Assembly: GCA_964035545.1 (NCBI GenBank)
Contig: OZ037768.1
Location: 62,001 to 126,000, forward strand
Source of the DNA: Bugula neritina
Taxonomy: Eukaryota > Animalia > Bryozoa
DNA: 64,000 nt
Direction of reading: 5' to 3'
Each line of letters begins with the position of its first letter. Position 1 is the first letter of the stretch. The position numbers and the translations under genes are program-made. The notes beneath the pieces were generated by a model, which was given only the letters and a program-made list of their open reading frames with translations, was not told the DNA's origin and made no database searches. Below are positions 26,620 to 39,800 of this stretch, in pieces.

Positions 26620-27883
26620 CTTGTACTTTACTCTAACTGGTATATCTCTGTGATATCCTCAGTATCTCTAGAATAAATGCATAATAACTGAATCTCTAGC
26701 AACTTACCTTGATCTATCATTTGTTATGAGGTGTTTTTTATTTGTTGTTTCTGGTTACAAAATCTGATGATTATTAATCATTTTAAGCTGTTTTATTTTA
26801 AGTATTGTATCAATATTTCTATTTTGTTCTATAACTGATAGTTTTTTAGTTATTTCCAATTTTACTGATTTCAACTATTTTCAGCACGTTTTATATTTTT
26901 TAGTTTTATGTAACTTTAGAGTAATATATTTTTGTATCATGTGAAATTTACTAATATATAGTATTTACTGTATGATTGTATAGTATTTACTGTATGATTG
27001 TATAGTATTTACTGTATTATTGTATAGTATTTACTGTATGATTGTATAGTATTTACTGTATGATTGTATAGTATATTACAACTAATTTGTAAAAAGTTTT
27101 GTTTAATTCACACTACAAATCCATCTAGCAAATGGTGTAATAAAATACGGTGTATTTCAAGTCAAATAGAAGAGCTGAAAGTAGACAGATAAAATATGCA
27201 TGAAGATTTACACAAGATAAACTCCAACCAGAAATTTAGACATAAAAATATATCTTCCATTATATATTTAGTTACAACCTAGCATGTCCAGCTACAGTGG
27301 TAACTTTATCAAGTAGTAGGATTAGAACCCAGCATGTCCAGCTACAGTGGTAACTTTATCAGGTGGTTGAAAGACATGCAGATTCTTTGAAAAATGGAAA
27401 GTAATTATTGAAGTATAGTGAAGTATGAAGTTTAATGTAGCATGTTTTAAAACAATAGTTGGAAATAATATAAGAATTTACAGAGGCTAAAATGGGGTAT
27501 TCGAGAGTCGTCTACACTATTGACTTTCCAATACAGCAATAGAAAACTAGTCTAAAGAAAAATACTATAGATATAGGATAGAATGAAATACTATAGATGT
27601 AGGATAGAATGTAGTACTATAGATGTAGGATAGAATGTAGTACTATAGATGTAGGATAGAATGTAGTACTATAGATGTAGGATAGAATGTAATACTATAG
27701 ATATAGGCAGTCGCCAGTTAAAAGAATTGTGAAACAGCAAGTGACAGCTTGTAAACATAAAAAAAATAAGAGGAAAATATTTGGCAAAAATAGAGAAGCA
27801 GTACAGGATATACTGCACAACCTCACTGAAGAAAATGTAGAGGATGTAAAGCTATGCGGTTGTCTAGGCAACAGGTAAACAAA

Positions 27884-30800
27884 TTAAGGAATGTAGGTTT
27901 CTATACAGAGAATGGCCAGCAGAGAATCACAGGTGTGAGCTGATTGGCCGAGGAGGTGCCCTCTGGTGAACAGACTGGAGGCGCCCACTTCTGTAGAGCT
28001 GTCGCTGGTCCAGGCCTGGCAGTACTGGCTGACAGCAACGTGGCCAGTGCTGCTGGCTCCGTGCCATGTGTAGCCTGTGGACCTGCAGTACAGTAACATT
28101 ATATTACTATGTATTACTACGTATAATATTATATTACTATGTATAATATTATATTACTATGTATTACTATGTATAATATTATATTACCCTGTATTACTAC
28201 GTATAACATTATATTACCCTGTATTACTATGTATAATATTATATTACTATGTATAATATTATATTACTATGTACTACTATGTATAATATTATATTACTAT
28301 ATATTATTACGTATAATATTATATTACTATGTATTACTACATATAATATTATATTACTATGTATTACTATATATAATATTATATTACTATATATTATTAC
28401 GTATAATATTATATTACTATGTATTACTATGTATAATATTATATTACTATATATTATTACGTATAATATTATATTACTATGTATTACTACATATAATATT
28501 ATATTACTATGTATTACTATATATAATATTATATTACTATATATTATTACGTATAATATTATATTACTATGTATTACTATGTATAATATTATATTACTAT
28601 ATATTATTACGTATAATATTATATTACTATGTATTACTACATATAATATTATATTACTATGTATTACTATATATAATATTATATTACTATATATTATTAC
28701 GTATAATATTATATTACTATGTATTACTATGTATAATATTATATTACTATATATTATTACGTATAATATTATATTACTATGTATTACTACATATAATATT
28801 ATATTACTATGTATTACTATATATAATATTATATTACTATATATTATTACGTATAATATTATATTACTATGTATTACTATGTATAATATTATATTACTAT
28901 ATATTATTACGTATAATATTATATTACTATGTATTACTACGTATAATATTATATTACTATGTACTACTACGTATAATATTATATTACTATATATTATTAC
29001 GTATAATATTATATTACTATGTATTACTATGTATAATATTATATTACTATGTACTACTACGTATAATATTATATTACTATGTATGACTATGTATAATATT
29101 ATATTACTATATATTATTACATATATAATATTGTATTACTAATAGAGACAACGTGGAAAAGAATAAAGCAGTGACTCACCACCTGTTATTCACACGGATA
29201 TCTGAACCATCAAATGTGTATATGGGCACCCCGGGTCGGAGGTCACTTTTACCGTCAGCAATGGATTCCCAACTTGTGAGGAGTTGTTCTCCCTGTACAG
29301 AGAATTACTCATTGTACACCCACCTTACTATACACCCACCTCCCTATACACCCACCTCACTATACACCCACCTTACTATACACCCACCTTACAATACACC
29401 CACCTCACTATACACCCACCTTACTGTACACCCACCTCACTATACACTCACCTCACTATACACCCACCTTACTATACACCCACCTTACTATACACTCACC
29501 TTACTATACACCCACCTTACTATACACCCACCTTACTATACACCCACCTTACTATACACCCGCCTTACTATACACCCACCTTACTATACACCCACCTTAC
29601 TATACACCCACCTCACTATACACCCACCTCACTATACAGCCACCTTACTATACACTCACCTCACTATACACCCACCTCACTATACACCCACCTTACTATA
29701 CACCCACCTTACTATACACCCACCTCACTATACACCCACCTTACTATACACCCACCTCACTATACACTCACCTCACTATACACTCACCTTACTATACACC
29801 CACCTTACTGTTCACCACCTGGTAAGTTCTGTATGCGGGGAATACCAGAGATGAAATATCTTGAAGTCGAGACGCCAGCACTGCCCTGAACTCCCCTTCC
29901 ACACCAGAGTTTGCAGCGTGTCTGTAGCAGTGGCCGTCGGCTCCTGCAATACCTCCCAGACTGCCATTCATTGGCTGGTTCAGAGCAAAGAGGCGGAGCT
30001 AGAAGTATACAGTGAATTACATAATAATACTGAGTATATAGTTAGTAGTATACAGTGTATTACATAATAATACTGAGTATACAGTTAGTAGTATACAGTG
30101 TATTACATAATAATACTGAGTATATAGTTAGTAGTATACAGTGTATTACATAATAATACTGAGTATACAGTTAGTAGTATACAGTGTATTACATAATAAT
30201 ACTGAGTATATAGTTAGTAGTATACAGTGTATTACATAATAATACTGAGTATACAGTTAGTAGTATACAGTGTATTACATAATAATACTGAGTATATAGT
30301 TAGTAGTATACAGTGTATTACATAATAATACTGAGTATATAGTTAGTAGTATACAGTGTATTACATAATAATACTGAGTATATAGTTAGTAGTATACAGT
30401 GTATTACATAATAATACTGAGTATATAGTTAGTAGTATACAGTGTATTACATAATAATACTGAGTATATAGTTAGAAGTATACAGTGTATTACATAATAA
30501 TACTGAGTATATAGTTAGTAGTATACAGTGTATTACATAATAATACTGAGTATAGAGTTAGTAGTATACAGTGTATTACATAATAATACTGAGTATATAG
30601 TTAGTAGTATACAGTGTATTACATAATAATACTGAGTATATAGTTAGTAGTATACAGTGTATTACATAATAATACTGAGTATACAGTTAGTAGTATACAG
30701 TGTATTACATAATAATACTGAGTATACAGTTAGTAGTATACAGTGTATTACATAATAATACTGAGTATATAGTTAGTAGTATACAGTGAATTACATAATA

Positions 30801-33800
30801 ATACTGAGTATAGAGTTAGAAGTATACAGTGTATTACTGTCTGTTTGAGAGGAGATACTCACAGCTGGCTCACTTTTAGCCTCAGTGAACTCTCTAGCCA
30901 TGTACGCAGGTGGGGCGGGGGCAGGAGCATCCATCCACATGGGTATAACATTGGCCAGCTCAGTCTCCATCAGAGGCACAATGTGGCCCATCTACACAGA
31001 GCATATAACAGACTGAGAAGAAGGCAGCGACAGTCTGGCAAGTGGGCACGGCATTGTGGGTGTAGCACTGGTCTAGTCACACAGCACACTGGTCTAGTCA
31101 CACAGCACACTGGTCTAGTCACACAGCACACTTGTCTAGTCACACACTGGTCTAGTCACACAGCACACTTGTCTAGTCACACAGCACACTTGTCTAGTCA
31201 CACAGCACACTGGTCTAGTCACACAGCACACTGGTCTAGTCACACAGCACACTGGTCTAGTCACACAGCACACTGGTCTAGTCACACAGCACACTGGTCT
31301 AGTCACACAGCACACTTGTCTAGTCACACAGCACGCTTGTCTAGTCACACAGCTTGGTACTGCAGAAGTATCAAGTCTCACCTGAACAAGCTGCCAACCG
31401 AGTCGCACTCTGAGATAAAGGGCTTGCTGGTCGGACACAAACCCCAAAGTACCGATTGGAATGGCCAGAGATGCTCGGGACATTGCGTTCTCAGTGGAGA
31501 AGAGCAGCACCTGGTAAGTAGAGCAAACTATTCTCAGAGAGAGGGAGAAAGAGAGACAGTATAGGTACCGAGTGCCATTGCTCTCTCAAAAAGAGAGTTG
31601 CTGCTAAATCATAGAACAGAGACTAAACTATAGAGTGAGAACTAAACTTATAAAAGTAGAACTGAAGCTACACTCTAGATACTTCTACATAGAAAGAAGC
31701 TTTAGCGACAGTAAATACATAGATTCCTTCACAGCTACGACTAGACTACTGAAACAACTTTACTTACTCCTGAATCCGAGAGCGAGTACTACAAATAGAA
31801 TTCATCACAATATGCTAAAATACGCTATAAAATCTAACAGCATGTCACGCGACTCAGAAGCTGTGCAATCGGAAAAGAACTTACGCCGTGAGTGTAGCTG
31901 CTTTGCAAGTCAATATTCCTGCCACCACCTGGTCTTCCGGGAGGTCCAGGTCTACCCGGAGGTCCAGGTAGACCAGGCGAACCTGTAGCACCTCTCAGTC
32001 CAACAATAGACTCTCCAGGTGGTCCCTACAGGAAATACCAAGTGGCAACATGAGATAATATGAGATAGTATGAGATAATATGAGATAGTATGAGATAATA
32101 TGAGATAGTATGAGATAGTATGAGATAGTATGAGATAGTATGAGATAATATGAGATAATATGAGATAGTATGAGATAATATGAGATAATATGAGATAGTA
32201 TGAGATAATATGAGATAGTATGAGATAGTATGAGATAGTATGAGATAATATGAGATAGTATGAGATAGTATGAGATAATATGAGATAATATGAGATAGTA
32301 TGAGATAATATGAGATAGTATGAGATAGTATGAGATAGTATGAGATAATATGAGATAGTATGAGATAGTATGAGATAGTATGAGATAGTATGAGATAGTA
32401 TGAAATAATATGAGATAGTATGAGATAGTATGAGATAGTATGAGATAGTATGAGATAGTATGAGATAGTATGAGATAATATGAGATAATATGAGATAATA
32501 TGAGATAATATGAAATAATATGAGATAGTATGAGATAGTATGAGATAGTATGAGATAGTATGAAATAATATGAGATAGTATGAGATAGTATGAGATAGTA
32601 TGAGATAGTATGAGATAGTATGAGATAGTATGAGATAGTATGAGATAATATGAGATAATAAGAGATCACAAGATACGGCTAAAGCTATCCTTGACTATAA
32701 TGGGTGCTTTATACCTGTCTACCAGGAGGCCCAGATGGTCCAGGAATGACCACAAACCCATCTGATGTCTCAATAACACCAGGAGGTCCAGACTCTCCTT
32801 TTTCACCCTTTGCACCAGTGTATCCTGGTCTACCTGGAGGTCCTTTTAATCCGGACAAACCTAAAGAAAGCACCATGCATCAAGCAACAGCTAAATTACT
32901 GTAGAGTTCAAATAAAAGTGAAATCACATTGCATACTGCGATACCTGGTAGTCCATCCTGTCCACGCTCTCCCTTCTCACTGACACCAGTGCATTCACTT
33001 TTCATACAGGTGCCGTCTCTGCCGGGCGGCCCTCGAATTGATTCTCCGGGTGATCCGGGAGCTCCGGGTCTACCCTAACAAACCCAATGCCACATGAGTA
33101 ACTATGTCCAGAAAGTCATATAGCTATGTAAGTAACATATCTATAAGGTCATATAGCTAAGTAAGTAACATATCTATAAGGTCATATAGCTATGTAAGTA
33201 ACATGTCTATAAGGTCATATAGCTATGTAAGTAATATATCTATAAGGTCATATAGCTATGTAAGTAACATATCTATAAGGTCATATAGCTATGTAAGTAA
33301 CATGTCTATAAGGTCATATAGCTAAGTAAGTAACATGTCTATAAGGTCATATAGCTATGTAAGTAACATATCTATAAGGTCATATAGCTAAGTAAGTAAC
33401 ATATCTATAAGGTCATATAGCTATGTAAGTAACATATCTATAAGGTCATATAGCTAAGTAAGTAACATGTCTATAAGGTCATATAGCTATGTAAGTAACA
33501 TATCTATAAGGTCATATAGCTATGTAAGTAACATGTCTATAAGGTCATATAGCTATGTAAGTAATATATCTATAAGGTCATATAGCTAAGTAAGTAACAT
33601 GTCTATAAGGTCATATAGCTATGTAAGTAACATGTCTATAAGGTCATATAGCTATGTAAGTAACATATCTATAAGGTCATATAGCTATGTAAGTAACATG
33701 TCTATAAGGTCATATAGCTATGTAAGTAACATGTCTATAAGGTCATATAGCTATGTAAGTAACATATCTATAAGGTCATATAGCTAAGTAAGTAACATGT

Positions 33801-36800
33801 CTATAAGGTCATATAGCTATGTAAGTAACATATCTATAAGGTCATATAGCTAAGTAAGTAACATGTCTATAAGGTCATATAGCTATGTAAGTAACATATC
33901 TATAAGGTCATATAGCTATGTAAGCACCGGAAACCCAGGTAAGCCATTGTCTCCCTTAACTCCAGGTTCTCCATGACTTCCAGGCAGTCCGTTAACACCC
34001 TGCTCTCCCTTTTCTCCTTTCACAGCACCAGTCCCTGCGTTTGAACCTGAATATCCAGACTCTCCTTTATCTCCCTGAAACACACACACACACCGCCTTG
34101 ACTGTCTGTAAGTGAAACACACGGAGAACTAGTTACAATTGCCACATTAGTAGTAGACTGGGAGAAGATAACTCTACTGGTGTGTGGAATACCTTCATGG
34201 CAAACAGTGGAATCAGTTCCAATATATCTTCATATGACATTGAACCTGGCAACCCAACTTCTCCCTTTTCTCCCTTAGCACCATCTTGTCCCTACAAGAG
34301 AACACAACTACTATACTGGTGATATATTCAACAGATCATATCTCTACATGTCAACACAACTACTATACTGGTGATATACTCAACAGATCATATCTCTACA
34401 TGTCAACACAACTACTATACTGGTGATACATTCAACAGATTAGGAGAGCAACTAGTGCTGAAAGAATACATGTGAGAACATAGGCTAACTGAAGCATGTG
34501 TCTAGTTTGGGGGTTAGAAAACCTGCCCCGTGGTTTGGGGGTTAGAAAACCTGCCCGTGCACTACTACTTATGTTATGATCTGCAGTGAAGTCACAACTG
34601 CTATATTTAAACTGCACAATGACATCTATGTTATAATATGTTAGATGGGATACTTAAGTAGATAAGTGCTCTAGAGATAAATGTCATACTACATCATCTC
34701 TCCAACACCCACTAACTACTGCTACTACAAAATACCCACTAAACCTACATCTGTAAAAGCTACCCATAATGCTATGCATATGCTACCCATAATTCCAGTC
34801 TATTACATTACCCATAATTCCAGTCTATTACATTACCCATAATTCCAGTCTATTACATTACCCATAATTCCAGTCTATTACAGTACCCATAATTCCAGTC
34901 TATTACATTACCCATAATTCCAGTCTATTACATTACCCATAATTCCAGTCTATTACATTACCCATAATTCCAGTCTATGTTGAACAAAGTTGAGGTAGTC
35001 CTGCTACAAGCACAGCAGGCAAGTTGAGTAGACTTTTACTCATCAAGTCTGACACTATTTCTATTGGTTAGAGAACCATGTACACAAACACTTCTGACAA
35101 TGAGCTCTATCACGGTGATAGTCTAAGTATAATACCATAGTGTGAGTACTATACTAAGGTACTAGCTGGTAAGGGGATAGACTGAGTACTATACTAAGGT
35201 ACTAGCTGGTAAGGGGGTAGACTGAGTACTATACTAAGGTACTAGCTGGTAAGGGGATAGACTGAGTACTATACTAAGGTACTAGCTGGTAAGGGGGTAG
35301 ACTGAGTACTATACTAAGGTACTAGCTGGTAAGGGGATAGACTGAGTACTATACTAAGGTACTAGCTGGTAAGGGGGTAGACTGAGTACTATACTAAGGT
35401 ACTAGCTGGTAAGGGGGTAGACTGAGTACTATACTAAGGTACTAGCTGGTAAGGGGGTAGTCTGAGTACTATACTAAGGTACTAGCTGGTAAGGGGGTAG
35501 ACTGAGTACTATACTAAGGTACTAGCTGGTAAGGGGGTAGACTGAGTACTATACTAAGGTACTAGCTGGTAAGGGGGTAGACTGAGTGCTATACTAAGGT
35601 ACTGGCTGGTAAGGGGGTAGACTGAGTACTATACTAAGGTACTAGCTAGCTGGTAAGGGGGTAGACTGAGTACTATACTAAGGTACTAGCTAGCTGGTAA
35701 GGGGGTAGACTGAGTACTATACTAAGGTACTAGCTGGTAAGGGGATAGACTGAGTACTATACTAAGGTACTAGCTGGTAAGGGGGTAGACTGAGTACTAT
35801 ACTAAGGTACTAGCTGGTAAGGGGGTAGACTGAGTACTATACTAAGGTACTAGCTGGTAAGGGGGTAGACTGAGTACTATACTAAGGTACTAGCTGGTAA
35901 GGGGGTAGACTGAGTACTATACTAAGATACTAGCTGGTAAGGGGATAGACTGAGTACTATATTAAGGTACTAGCTAGCTGGTAAGGGAGAGTAACTACCT
36001 TCAGCTGCCGCAGATCTTCCTCTTTACTCAACCAATCGCTGCCAAAGAAAGGGCGACTCAAGGATGTGCCTGGAGGTCCAGGTGGACCGGGTAACCCCAC
36101 TCCTGGTTCTCCTTTTATTCCCTTTTCACCATCTCTGCCTGCATCAACATGGAGCAGTGTGAGAAATTACACAAAGTTTGATACAATTTATCTGCTATTT
36201 CCTTTTTCTAATTACATACCTGGAGAGCCAGGTGTGCCTTGGCGTCCCGGGTAACCATTAGCACCAGGCAGGCCGTCGGCACCTTGGGAACCAGTTTTGC
36301 CAGGAAATCCCCGAACACCTGAAGGACACAAACACAGGTCACTAAAACATAACACCAATAGTATGACATATCTCGTGTTTTATTACAGTACATTTATTAT
36401 AATACCTTTAAGTCCAGGAGCACCAGGAAAACCCGGAGGTCCTCTTAAACCAGGTTGACCCTTGTAACCTCTCTCCCCGTCCAATCCTTGCCTGCCACGT
36501 GGGCCCGGAATAAGCACAATCTCCTCCCCTTTTGACTACAAGATACCATAATACAGCGTAGTGCAATATGGTATAGTGCAGTACAACAAAGTGTAATACA
36601 GTATAGTATAGTATAGAGTAATACGGTATAGTATAGTATAGTATAGAGTAATACGGTATAGTATAGTATAGTATAGTATAGTATAGAGTAATACGGTATA
36701 GTATAGTATAGTATAGAGTAATACGGTATAGTATAGTATAGTATAGAGTAATACGGTATAGTATAGTATAGTATAGAGTAATACGGTATAGTATAGTATA

Positions 36801-39800
36801 GTATAGAGTAATACGGTATAGTGTAGTATAGTATAGTATAGTATAGAGTAATACAGTATAGTATAGTATAGAGTAGTGTAGTGTGTAGAGTGTATATCTA
36901 CTCACTGTGATGAGTGTGCCAGGTTCTCCTGGTGGTCCTTGCAAGCCGATTTCTCCCTTATCTCCCTTTGCACCGTTGAAACCAGGAACTCCCAAACCAC
37001 CTGTATCTCCCTTAATGCCGGGTTCACCCTGAAAACACAATGTGAAGTGCATAGAGCTGCTAAACTTAGAGAAATGAAAACCTCTCCATATACATATAAA
37101 CTGCGACCAGCTCACCTTATCACCTGCAGGCCCGGATGAGCCTTTTTCTCCCTGCGCACCACGCCGCCCTCGGTCACCCTAACAGGTAAAAACAAACACT
37201 GAGTGTACATAGAACACCGCAACTTGAGGGAATATTCTGGTGTCATTGAAATGTTGAGTTATACTTACCATCACTCCTGGAGGTCCGGGTAACCCATCAG
37301 CACCATCTCTCCCAGGTCTACCTGTCACATTCTTACACACACCTGGTTCACCTGAAACCATAAGTCTGTATCAGAGCAGAACTTTATATGAGGTTGTGAG
37401 CAGGTAACACAAGTATATACATTAACTCAGTCTTGTCTATTTGTCACAGTAACAGCGACTCCACTACTTACCTTTCTCCCCCACAAAGCCCATGAGGGGT
37501 GAGAGTTTAGACATGATTTCTTCACTGGACACTGAGGCTAAGAACTTCAGTTCCTCCGCTAAACTTTTCCCTGGCAGTCCAGGTGGTCCGACTATGGCTT
37601 CTCCCTGAATAGCACCAGTTTATACCTTTCTAGTAATATACTAGACACTTGCTAACAATATACTAGACACTTGCTAACTATATACTAGATACTTGCTAAC
37701 TATATACTAGACACTTGCTAACAATATACTAGACACTTGCTAACAATATACTAGACATTTGCTAACAATATACTAGACACTTGCTAACAATATACTAGAC
37801 ACTTGCTAACAATATACTAGACACTTGCTAACAGTATACTAGACACTTGCTAACAGTATACTAGACACTTGCTAACAATATACTAGACACTTGCTAACAG
37901 TATACTAGACACTTGCTAACAGTATACTAGACACTTGCTAACAATATACTAGACACTTGCTAACAATATACTAGACACTTGCTAACAATATACTAGACAC
38001 TTGCTAACAATATACTAGACACTTGCTAACAATATACTAGACACTTGCTAACAATATACTAGACACTTGCTAACAATATACTAGACACTTGCTAACAGTA
38101 TACTAGACACTTGCTAACAATATACTAGACACTTGCTAACTATATACTAGACACTTGCTAACAATATACTAGACACTTGCTAACAATATACTAGACACTT
38201 GCTAACAATATACTAGACACTTGCTAACAGTATACTAGACACTTGCTAACAGTATACTAGACACTTGCTAACAATATACTAGACACTTGCTAACAGTATA
38301 CTAGACACTTGCTAACAATATACTAGACACTTGCTAACAGTATACTAGACACTTGCTAACAATATACTAGACATTTGCTAACAATATACTAGACAGTTGC
38401 TAACAATATACTAGACACTTGCTAACAATATACTAGACACTTGCTAACAGTATACTAGACACTTGCTAACAATATACTAGACACTTGCTAACAGTATACT
38501 AGACACTTGCTAACTATATACTAGACACTTGCTAACAATATACTAGACATTTGCTAACAATATACTAGACAGTTGCTAACAATATACTAGACACTTGCTA
38601 ACAATATACTAGAGACTTGCTAACAGTATACTAGACACTTGCTAACAATATACTTGACACTTGCTAACAATATACTAGACATTTGCTAACAATATACTAG
38701 ACAGTTGCTAACAATATACTAGACACTTGCTAACAATATACTAGAGACTTGCTAACAGTATACTAGACACTTGCTAACAGTATACTAGACACTTGCTAAC
38801 AATATACTAGACACTTGCTAACTATATACTAGACACTTGCTAACAGTATACTAGACACTTGCTAACAATATACTAGACACTTGCTAACAGTATACTAGAC
38901 ACTTGCTAACAATATACTAGACACTTGCTAACTATATACTAGACACTTGCTAACAGTATACTAGACACTTGCTAACAATATACTAGACAGTTGCTAACAA
39001 TATACTAGACACTTGCTAACAATATACTAGAGACTTGCTAACAATATACTAGACACTTGCTAACAGTATACTAGACACTTGCTAACAATATACTAGACAC
39101 TTGCTAACAGTATACTAGACACTTGCTAACTACGTACTAGACACTTGCTAACTACATACTAGACACTTGCTAACTACGTACTAGATGGTTTAAAGTGTTA
39201 CATAACTACTAGCTAGTAATACAGGTGTTAGTACAACATAATACAATATATACAATACCGTACAATATACATTATACACCATATATTACATAACACAATA
39301 TAATACACTACAGCTTTATAGGTAAGAAAAGTGAGAAAAATATCAAAATGTACTACAATATAATACAATACAGTTTAATATAATAATAGAACATAATACA
39401 GCATAATAAAATATATTGAAATACGTTACAAAATAATGAAATATATTATTACGTAACATGATAACATAATAACATGCTATATTATAATGAAAATAGAACT
39501 CTAGGTAATATTTTTCTATTAATACACACAACATTAGATATCATTTTCCTATTTTTGTCTTTAACACATAACACTAACCCGTTCTCCTTTTTCTCCGGGG
39601 GCACCCTTGTCTCCAACAATAGAAACACCAGGTTCTCCTTGTTCACCTGGAGCGCCCATCACACTGTCCCCTTTTTCACCCTAAATGAGCCGCACCAGAG
39701 GAAATTAATATTGTAATAATTAACAACACAAATATTGCATAATTAACAGAAATGTACTTTGAAATAGCCTACCTTTGCACCCTGCTGTCCACGTGGTCCA

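Noticed and set aside
33115-33925. Shared AGGTCATATAG between this unit and the Trk 22-bp unit
   Set aside because: It is only an 11-nt low-complexity match and the rest of the units differ; insufficient to call a family.
35143-39185. CRISPR-like regular repeats
   Set aside because: Units are head-to-tail with no unique spacers, the context is eukaryotic, and there are no cas genes.
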